Shown here piece by piece: positions 25,722-32,000 of a stretch of 32,000 nucleotides of DNA. This DNA is from Candidatus Omnitrophota bacterium. GTDB taxonomy: Bacteria; Omnitrophota; Gorgyraeia; Zapsychrales; JANLHA01. A program made the translations under genes and the position numbers. The DNA lies in the NCBI GenBank assembly GCA_963662715.1, contig OY759724.1, forward strand, positions 2,640,001 through 2,672,000, in the 5' to 3' direction. Each line of letters starts with the position of its first letter. The first letter of the stretch is position 1. The notes below the pieces were generated by a model. It saw nothing but the letters and a program-made list of their open reading frames with translations, made no database searches and had not been told where the DNA came from.

Positions 25722-27413
25722 ATGTTTTCAGTACCCCGGAAAAAATTTTTGTTTGTTTTATGTGTTTATTTTCTTTTTTTCACATTAATACTGTTAAATG
25801 TTAATAAGTATTCCTGGGCAGAAGATCAACAATTACTTAGTGAAAAACAGGCTCTCCCGATCCATTCACATTCACCGGAATATGGGGGGACGTTGGTATG
25901 GGGAACAACAGATCCGCCAACGGTCATTAATCCCGTTTTTACGCGTTATAGTATTTCAGCTTCTTTATTGGAGTTGATATTTGATTCTTTAGTACGAGTT
26001 CATCCCCAAGGGCATGTTGTCCCGGGGCTTGCTGAGTCATGGGAGATTTCGGATGACGGGTTAGAATATACCTTTTATCTGAAAAAGGGCGTGCATTTTC
26101 ATGACGGAGTGGAATGCACGGCCGAGGATGTGAAATTCACTTATGAAGCCATTGCTGATCCTCAAAATAATTCCCCCCGTCTTGTATGTTTAAACATCAT
26201 TGACAGATGGGAGATAGTAGATAAATACACGATACGGCTCGTATTAAAGAAATCTTTTTCTAAAATTCTTCATAGATTGACTATTGAAATTGCTCCTAAA
26301 CATATTTTAGACGGCGAAGCCTTACTCGCTTCTCCCTTCAATTATTCACCTGTCGGGACCGGGCCGTTCCGTTTTAAAGCATGGGACAGGAGAACGGATG
26401 AAATTGAACTGGTTGCTAACGAGGATTATTTTGAAGGCCGGCCATATCTTGATAGAATTTTAATTCATATTTATCAAGATAAATCCTGCTTGTGGGCGGC
26501 TTTGATGCGCAATGACGTGGATTTATGTATTTTTCTTGATCGAGAGGATTACATGACTATCAGGAATGATCCGGCTTTCAGGACTTATGAAATTACCGGG
26601 GAGCTTTATTTGGCCATAGCTTTGAATGCCAAGGATCCCATTTTTTTTGACAGAGAGGTTCGCAAGGCCATGGCATACGGGATCAATGTTGATGAAATTA
26701 TGGCTTATACCTCTTCCGGCGGGATAAAAAGCACCGGGCCGTTTCATCCGGGTTCCATTGGTTTTAATCCGGGAGTCAGGCCTTTTGAGTATGACCCGGT
26801 GATGGCGAGGATGATTCTGATGCATCGCGGCTGGTGGGATAAGGATCATGACGGGATCGCAGAAAAAGGTGGGCGGGAACTCGAATTGCGTTTATTGGTG
26901 GATCCTAGAAGTGAATTTTATAAAGATTTGGCTATGCTGATTCGCCAGCAATTGGCAGAGATCGGGATAAAAGTGTCTGTGCTTCTTCATCCGGAGGAAA
27001 GGACTCTTGAACAAACCTTTTTAGATCAGAACAAACCGCAGGGATGGTTAAGATATTTTTTGGGTTATGGATTTGGAGGTTATGATGCCGCTGTCAGCTG
27101 GACGTCCTCGTTAAGCCCCTATGAGAGACTTTGGAATTATCGGAATGACGAAATCGATAAATTGTTTGGTACAGCCGTTGCAACACAGGATCCCCAGGAA
27201 TTAAGCGAAATTTATCAGCAGATTCATAAAATTGTTTATCAGGATCAGCCGGCCTGTTTTTTGTTTTATCCCAGCAGCTATCATGCTGTTGCGGCAAAAT
27301 TTTTTAATACGGACGAATTTTTTTCCGATTTTATGCCTGTTTATACGATTAAGGATTGGTATTTAGGCCCTGCGGCTAAAGACGTCCAGCATAATGATTC
27401 CGGGCTGAAGTAG
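25722..27413 (+). CDS. Periplasmic solute-binding protein, family 5 (peptide / nickel / metallophore type), orphan with no permease genes nearby
   Basis: There is a signal peptide. The SBP_bac_5 pattern is present: GGTLVWGTTDPPTVINP...DSLVRVHPQGHVVPGLAESWEISDDGLEYTFYLKKGVHFHDGVECTAEDVKFTYE...PVGTGPFRFKAWD. Confidence 0.85.
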   Translation: MFSVPRKKFLFVLCVYFLFFTLILLNVNKYSWAEDQQLLSEKQALPIHSHSPEYGGTLVWGTTDPPTVINPVFTRYSISASLLELIFDSLVRVHPQGHVVPGLAESWEISDDGLEYTFYLKKGVHFHDGVECTAEDVKFTYEAIADPQNNSPRLVCLNIIDRWEIVDKYTIRLVLKKSFSKILHRLTIEIAPKHILDGEALLASPFNYSPVGTGPFRFKAWDRRTDEIELVANEDYFEGRPYLDRILIHIYQDKSCLWAALMRNDVDLCIFLDREDYMTIRNDPAFRTYEITGELYLAIALNAKDPIFFDREVRKAMAYGINVDEIMAYTSSGGIKSTGPFHPGSIGFNPGVRPFEYDPVMARMILMHRGWWDKDHDGIAEKGGRELELRLLVDPRSEFYKDLAMLIRQQLAEIGIKVSVLLHPEERTLEQTFLDQNKPQGWLRYFLGYGFGGYDAAVSWTSSLSPYERLWNYRNDEIDKLFGTAVATQDPQELSEIYQQIHKIVYQDQPACFLFYPSSYHAVAAKFFNTDEFFSDFMPVYTIKDWYLGPAAKDVQHNDSGLK

Positions 27414-27480
27414 CAGAGAAGTAAGGAGATCATGCATAATCATTTTCCTAAATTTAAAATCATGAAAGGAGGTGATGATC

Positions 27481-27588
27481 ATGGAAATACTGAGACCCGG
27501 AACCGATGATGTCATGGAGCTGTCCGTGAGAGGATGTTGTTGGCCACCAAGTATAGATAACATTACAGTTCCCGAACCCGAAGAGTAA
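27481..27588 (+). CDS. Unannotated 35-aa ORF, candidate RiPP precursor peptide MEILRPGTDDVMELSVRGCCWPPSIDNITVPEPEE
   Basis: My own translation; the ORF is below the track's length cutoff. The SD is near-perfect: AGGAGGTGA, with AGGAGG at 27467-27472 and 8 nt to the ATG. It lies 72 nt upstream of, and on the same strand as, an rSAM/SPASM enzyme. It has a Cys-Cys pair followed by potential acceptor residues (W, S, D, N, T, E). The evidence is position, SD and composition only. Confidence 0.5.
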   Translation: MEILRPGTDDVMELSVRGCCWPPSIDNITVPEPEE

Positions 27589-27594
27589 TTCCCG

Positions 27595-27632
27595 GGGATT
27601 CCGTTGGCCCCTGTCTCTGTTAACGGAATCCC
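27595..27632 (+). promoter_or_regulatory. Intercistronic stem-loop between precursor ORF and maturase gene
   Basis: A perfect 11-bp stem gggattccgtt (27595-27605) / aacggaatccc (27622-27632) with a 16-nt loop. It begins 7 nt after the peptide stop and is followed by a moderately T-rich stretch (tgtatattgtttg). Confidence 0.5.
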
Positions 27633-27660
27633 TGTATATTGTTTGCGGAAGAGGTTTTTT

Positions 27661-29013
27661 ATGAAATATTCTCATTATACGATTATCGTTCATGATTATC
27701 CTCAGGAAAAGCAGTATTTGCTTTTCAATACCCGTTCCCAGGCCCTTGTGAAGATCGAGCAGGAATTAAAGGATGTGATTGAAAACTACCGGGCCCCGGA
27801 ATATTTCCGGCAGAGGTTCCAGTACAGCCAGGAATTGGCACAGCTGCATCAGATGGGAGTGATCGTCACGGATGAGCAGGAAGACAAAACCAGACTGGAG
27901 GATTTTTTTAGGCAAATAAAATTTGGGCTGGATACGAAGGTGTTGTCCGTGAATATCCTTACAACGTATGCCTGCAATTTTAAATGTGTGTATTGTTTTG
28001 AAGAAAGCAGCCGGGAAGATGAGCAGATGGACCTGCTGACCTGCGATATGATTATGAGTTGGCTCAAAAAACGTATGCAACGTTTTGGATATGAAAAATT
28101 ATATTTGATTTTTTACGGCGGGGAACCATTATTAAATACCAAAGCTATCGAGTATATGGCGGGACACATGCAGAAATGGTGCCGTGAACAGCATAAAGCA
28201 TTCAATTTTATGCTGCAGACAAACGGATATCTGTTCTCTCCTGATATCGCGGAACATTTGTTGCCGTTAGGGCTGGACAATGTCCGCGTAAGTCTGGACG
28301 GCCCCCAGGAGGATCATGACCGTACACGTCCTCTGGCTTCAGGGGGAGGGTCTTTTTCCCGGATTGTAGAAAACATCTTGTCCAATATTAACCGGGTGAA
28401 AATCAGTGTTTCCGTGAGTTATCAGCAGGGAAAAGTTGACCATATACAACGGTTGCTTGATTATTTTGAAGAACAAGGGATTTTATCTAAATTGGGACGC
28501 TTTATTTTTGCTCCTGTTTATGCCTCTCTGGGTGCTCCGGGGACTCCGGACAAGATCCGGCACAGGGAATGTTTAGGCAATTGCCAGCCGGAATATATGG
28601 TGCCGGCTGTCAGAAAAATAAACCAGATTTTGCAGTCCAAGCAGCTTGCGAACACTCATGGTTTGGGAATGAGTGCCTGTCCATTGACCCGGGAATACGG
28701 AGGCATAACCATTGATCAACAGGGCCGTGTTTTTAAATGTAACATGATGCTGGGACATCCCGAATATGCTGTGGGTGACGTCTGCTTTGAAGGATTTAGC
28801 CGCAGACATGAGGAGTTCCGGGATCTTGATGTCTGGCGGCAGTGTCCCGAGGATTGTCCATATCTTCCGCTTTGCGCCGGAGGATGCCGTTTAGCGTCGT
28901 TCCTGGCCCATCAGAATTTCCATACACCCGTGTGCCACAAAGCCTATTTAGACGCTATGGCAGAAGATTTTATTAAGCAGGAATACCGGGAATTGCAGGC
29001 GAAGCAAGGCTAG
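27661..29013 (+). CDS. Radical SAM / SPASM-domain peptide maturase with RRE-sized N-terminal extension
   Basis: Numbering is from M at 27661. There is a ~95-aa N-terminal extension (YTIIVHDYPQEKQYLLFNTRSQALVKIEQEL). The rSAM cluster motif is C105-X3-C109-X2-C112 (YACNFKCVYC), followed by GGEPLL. The C-terminal SPASM pattern is C340...G..C360...C395-X3-C399-X5-C405-X3-C409...C425. The start is taken at ATG 27661 rather than the track's TTG 27604. Confidence 0.85.
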   Translation: MKYSHYTIIVHDYPQEKQYLLFNTRSQALVKIEQELKDVIENYRAPEYFRQRFQYSQELAQLHQMGVIVTDEQEDKTRLEDFFRQIKFGLDTKVLSVNILTTYACNFKCVYCFEESSREDEQMDLLTCDMIMSWLKKRMQRFGYEKLYLIFYGGEPLLNTKAIEYMAGHMQKWCREQHKAFNFMLQTNGYLFSPDIAEHLLPLGLDNVRVSLDGPQEDHDRTRPLASGGGSFSRIVENILSNINRVKISVSVSYQQGKVDHIQRLLDYFEEQGILSKLGRFIFAPVYASLGAPGTPDKIRHRECLGNCQPEYMVPAVRKINQILQSKQLANTHGLGMSACPLTREYGGITIDQQGRVFKCNMMLGHPEYAVGDVCFEGFSRRHEEFRDLDVWRQCPEDCPYLPLCAGGCRLASFLAHQNFHTPVCHKAYLDAMAEDFIKQEYRELQAKQG

Positions 29014-29031
29014 GGGGAGTGTTTTAAAAAT

Positions 29032-30897
29032 ATGGAATCCAAAATAAACATGAAAAAATTGTTTTTTCCCTACCGAATGTGGCAGCAGATTTTTATTCTT
29101 TTAGTCCTTCTCGTGCTCATTCCCCTTGCTTTGTTAGCGAAACTTATTATGGATACAAGTCAAAAAGCCATTAAGACATCAGTTTTGCGGGACCGGCAGG
29201 AACTTGTCATGCATACGACAGGAGAGGTGAAAGCTTATATTCAAAATGCCAAGGACGCCTGCGTTACGCTCGCCGCGCTCCTGGGCACTTTACCCGACGA
29301 CCTGTGGCGGCAGGAGACCGCGATCGTTGAACTGGCGTTACATCATCCCGAGTTCCAGAGGATTTCTTTGCTGAATTTGGCGGGAGAAGAAACAGTCACC
29401 TCTCAGTTGGGAAGTGAATTGAGAAACCGGGCTCATGAAGAGGCTTTTCAGAGGGTGCAAGAGGGGGAGGTTGAATATATCTCGGACGTGAAAATCAACG
29501 AAGAATCTTTCGCCACTATGACATTAGCGGTGCCGATTAAACGGAGCGGAAAAGTTTCGGGTATTCTTCTGGCGGACGTGAGCATCCGGGGGGTGTGGCA
29601 GATGGTGGATCAAATAAGAATAGGAGAATCCGGACGGGCGTATCTTGTGGATTCCCAAGGCCGGTTACTTTCTCATCCGGATAAGAAGCTGATTTTTCAG
29701 CCTGATAAACTTCTTAACCCTATTATTATACGGAATATTTTATCCGGTTATGCCGGTGAATATGAAGAAATTGCCCCTTCAGGAAAGCATTGGTTGATTG
29801 CCTATGCGCCTATTGATGTGTTGAACTGGGGGCTGGTCATATTCCAGCCTGTTGAAGAAGCCTTTGTTTTTTCCAAGGTCATGAGGCAGCAATCCTGGAA
29901 GTTTATTGTCCTGATTATTTTTTCTTCCATTTTGATAAGTTTCCTTATGTCGCATTTTTTGAGCCGTCCCATACATAAGTTGATTTCGGCCATGCAGCGT
30001 GTATCCGTGGGTAATCTGGATGAAAGGCTGGATATTGCGAGAAAGGATGAAATAGGCGAACTTTTTGAGTCATTTAACAGGATGACAGTCAAGTTGAAGG
30101 AAGCCAAACATTCTGAGAAGCTTTCCACAATCGGAAAAGCAGCGACGGCTATTGCCCATGAACTCAAGAATTCCTTGGTGATGGTTAATGCCTATATTGA
30201 TTTATTGCCGGAACGCCATATGAACCGGAAGTTTATACAAGACTTTTCTAAGAATGTATCCGAGGAGCTCGATTCCTGGAAAGCCATGTTGCAGAATATG
30301 ATGGAATATTCCAAGTTTTTTAAGTTTAGAATGGAAAAATTGGACGTCAATGAGTTGATGGTGGATATTAAAAGTCTGGCTTATCAGCGGACCCAGCAGA
30401 AAGGCGTTGATTTGATGATGCATGCGGGGTCTTTTATCCCGCCTGTTATCGGTAATGCGGCAAAATTGAAAGAGGTCCTGACGAATTTAATCAATAATGC
30501 GGTAGATGCGACCTCTCCGGGAGGAGTGATTACGCTATCGATGGATTTCCTTGAGCAAGCATCAGAGTGGGGCAAACCCCATGTGCGGATTCAGGTCATT
30601 GATTCCGGAGAAGGCATAGCGGAAGAAGATATCGATAATATATTTGAACCTTTTTATACAACCAAAGAAAGCGGGCTGGGATTAGGGCTGGCCATCAGCA
30701 AAAAGATCATTGAATATCATGGCGGAACCCTTGAAGCCATGAAAGGTCGCTCAAAAGGGGCGGTCTTTACCATTCGGCTTCCGATCCTTAAGAAATTTTA
30801 TGAACGCCGAAATCAGCAGGGGAAGGAGGATGGCTTTAAGGCATCTTTGCCCGGCAGGAACCAAAGAGGCGGTTATAAAAACTTTTTGAAACAGTGA
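29032..30897 (+). CDS. Sensor histidine kinase (TM, Cache-like periplasmic domain, TM, HAMP, HisKA, HATPase_c)
   Basis: Cache-like motif: GESGRAYLVDSQGRLLSHPD. Second TM: FIVLIIFSSILISFLMSHFL. HAMP: PIHKLISAMQRVSVGNLDERL...IGELFESFNRM. H-box: AIAHELKNSL. N and G boxes: NLINNAVDAT, DSGEGI, GLGLGLA. It starts 18 nt after the maturase stop. Confidence 0.85.
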   Translation: MESKINMKKLFFPYRMWQQIFILLVLLVLIPLALLAKLIMDTSQKAIKTSVLRDRQELVMHTTGEVKAYIQNAKDACVTLAALLGTLPDDLWRQETAIVELALHHPEFQRISLLNLAGEETVTSQLGSELRNRAHEEAFQRVQEGEVEYISDVKINEESFATMTLAVPIKRSGKVSGILLADVSIRGVWQMVDQIRIGESGRAYLVDSQGRLLSHPDKKLIFQPDKLLNPIIIRNILSGYAGEYEEIAPSGKHWLIAYAPIDVLNWGLVIFQPVEEAFVFSKVMRQQSWKFIVLIIFSSILISFLMSHFLSRPIHKLISAMQRVSVGNLDERLDIARKDEIGELFESFNRMTVKLKEAKHSEKLSTIGKAATAIAHELKNSLVMVNAYIDLLPERHMNRKFIQDFSKNVSEELDSWKAMLQNMMEYSKFFKFRMEKLDVNELMVDIKSLAYQRTQQKGVDLMMHAGSFIPPVIGNAAKLKEVLTNLINNAVDATSPGGVITLSMDFLEQASEWGKPHVRIQVIDSGEGIAEEDIDNIFEPFYTTKESGLGLGLAISKKIIEYHGGTLEAMKGRSKGAVFTIRLPILKKFYERRNQQGKEDGFKASLPGRNQRGGYKNFLKQ

Positions 30898-30964
30898 AAA
30901 GCTTAATTCTAACGTAATTTCCCTTAAAGGCTGTGGCCTGTGAAAGGGAGGAAAGGCTGGGGAT

Positions 30965-31672
30965 ATGCTTTCAGACAAGATTCTGGTTATTGACGACGAT
31001 CCCAAAATTATCCAGACGATTGATTTGATTTTCCGAGAATACGACATCATTGGTTTTCAGGACGGGAAAAGGGCCATAGAATATCTAAAAAAACCTAATA
31101 ATGTCCTGATCGTTCTGCTTGATGTCTGCATGAAGACGATCAACGGACTGGACGTTCTGCAGGAGATTAAAAGGATCGACAAAAATATTGCCGTTATTAT
31201 GATGACGGCTTTCGGAACCAAGGAAGTCGTGCTTGAAGCCTTGCGGGGGCATGCAGATGACTTCTTGGACAAGCCTTTCCATGTTGATGATTTAAGATAC
31301 AAAGTGAAGATTCATCTTAAAGACCGGATGTTGAAATGTCATGTCGGAGAGAACAGCCGGGTTGAACGGATCAAACGTTATATTGAAAGAAATTCTGACG
31401 TTGTCTCTCTTGAGCATGTCGCGGAAGAGTTGAATTTAAGCCCCCAGTATGTCAGCCGGTTTTTTAGAGAGCACAATATTAAGGGATTCAGGGATTATAA
31501 AATTGAAATTAAGCTCACCCGGGCAAAACATTTGCTTAAAAATACAACTTTCTCCGTAAGCCAGATTGGAGAACAGCTGGGGTATCAGAACCCCGAATCA
31601 TTTATGAGAATTTTTAAGAAGAACACCCAGGTCACCCCTTCGCAATTCAGAGAACGGGCCCTGGATTCTTAG
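30965..31672 (+). CDS. Response regulator with AraC-type HTH output domain
   Basis: REC region: KILVIDDDPKII...VLLDVCMKTINGLDVL...MMTAFG...FLDKPF. AraC HTH region: LEHVAEELNLSPQYVSRFFRE...SQIGEQLGYQNPESFMRIFKKNTQVTPSQFR. Confidence 0.85.
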   Translation: MLSDKILVIDDDPKIIQTIDLIFREYDIIGFQDGKRAIEYLKKPNNVLIVLLDVCMKTINGLDVLQEIKRIDKNIAVIMMTAFGTKEVVLEALRGHADDFLDKPFHVDDLRYKVKIHLKDRMLKCHVGENSRVERIKRYIERNSDVVSLEHVAEELNLSPQYVSRFFREHNIKGFRDYKIEIKLTRAKHLLKNTTFSVSQIGEQLGYQNPESFMRIFKKNTQVTPSQFRERALDS

Positions 31673-31935
31673 GCCGTCAGGATTTCCTCCCGGTCCCGAA
31701 TCAGTTTTTCCTCAGGTCATTTGAGGGCAATAACGGATTTTTTGCATTTATTCCCCTGCTGTGAGCATGAATTTTTAGGGGAGTTTAAGAAAAGTCAGTT
31801 TAAAGCCTTCTTGTCCTATTTACATATTTTAAAAACGTATTATAACTATTTTATGAACGCAGCCGTAGGCCGCGGATTAACTTTGTCCTATGAAGGTGAG
31901 AATGATCTATCGTTCCCATATCAAGGAGATGAGAC

Positions 31936-32000
31936 ATGTTGAAACCTATTAAAACGCTTTTAATTGAAGATGACCAGAGCAGTGCGGATCTTATTTCGGA
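31936..32000 (+). CDS. Response-regulator receiver domain, N-terminal fragment (runs off the right edge)
   Basis: My translation from ATG 31936 is MLKPIKTLLIEDDQSSADLIS, the canonical LLIEDD receiver start. AAGGAGA lies 6 nt upstream. Confidence 0.5.
   Translation, partial: MLKPIKTLLIEDDQSSADLIS

Noticed and set aside
27432-27509. Alternative small ORF MHNHFPKFKIMKGGDDHGNTETRNR, overlapping the start of the CC-peptide ORF in another frame.
   Set aside because: Its AGGAG is only about 3 nt from the ATG. The peptide has no Cys or other obvious rSAM target residues. Its body contains the much better SD of the 27481 ORF. I kept it as the null alternative to test by conservation.
27604-27660. 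TTG-initiated N-terminal extension of the maturase in the ORF track (MAPVSVNGIPVYCLRKRFF...).
   Set aside because: The extension overlaps the 11-bp hairpin and has no SD. ATG 27661 is preceded by GGAAGAGG and gives a sensible N-terminus.
31721-31942. 73-aa TTG-start ORF whose stop overlaps the next response-regulator start.
   Set aside because: It has a non-ATG start without an SD and no recognisable motifs. It is probably an intergenic chance ORF. Only the stop/start overlap (ATGTTGA) made me look twice.
1-32000. Scanned the window for CRISPR repeats, tRNA or rRNA genes, long tandem repeats and reverse-transcriptase or DGR-like elements.
   Set aside because: I found no periodic direct repeats, cloverleaf-like segments or RT motifs. 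This was by eye only, so short or degenerate elements could have been missed.

Overview
This 32-kb window appears to come from a diderm bacterium: it encodes a TonB-dependent receptor and beta-barrel proteins ending in Phe. It may be an uncultivated lineage. Two protein families here remind me of Omnitrophota-type metagenome proteins, but that is recollection I cannot verify. Coding is dense on both strands, and I saw no rRNA, tRNA or CRISPR array.

Contents, left to right:
- A partial IS3-family IS (1-528).
- A minus-strand gene string: B12-binding radical SAM enzyme, MCP, and a DOMON/EB_dh-like periplasmic protein.
- A plus-strand string: FIST protein, PAS hybrid histidine kinase, and a GT-C membrane glycosyltransferase.
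- A complete IS3-family IS (10918-12149) wedged between two unrelated truncated genes.
- A glycogen-debranching-type enzyme with an odd C-terminal tail.
- A coiled-coil porin, a DPS-like ferritin and a second MCP.
- A 1256-aa secreted GH5 multidomain enzyme.

The most interesting region is 23.6-31.7 kb. It runs, all on one strand: TonB-dependent receptor, orphan family-5 substrate-binding protein, a 35-aa Cys-Cys peptide ORF absent from the ORF track (27481-27588, strong SD), a stem-loop, a radical SAM/SPASM maturase with an RRE-sized N-terminal extension, a Cache/HAMP histidine kinase, and a REC/AraC regulator. I read this as a candidate undescribed RiPP system, either a re-imported metallophore-like peptide or a periplasm-sensed signal peptide.

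All functional calls rest on motif recognition by eye. No database search was possible.
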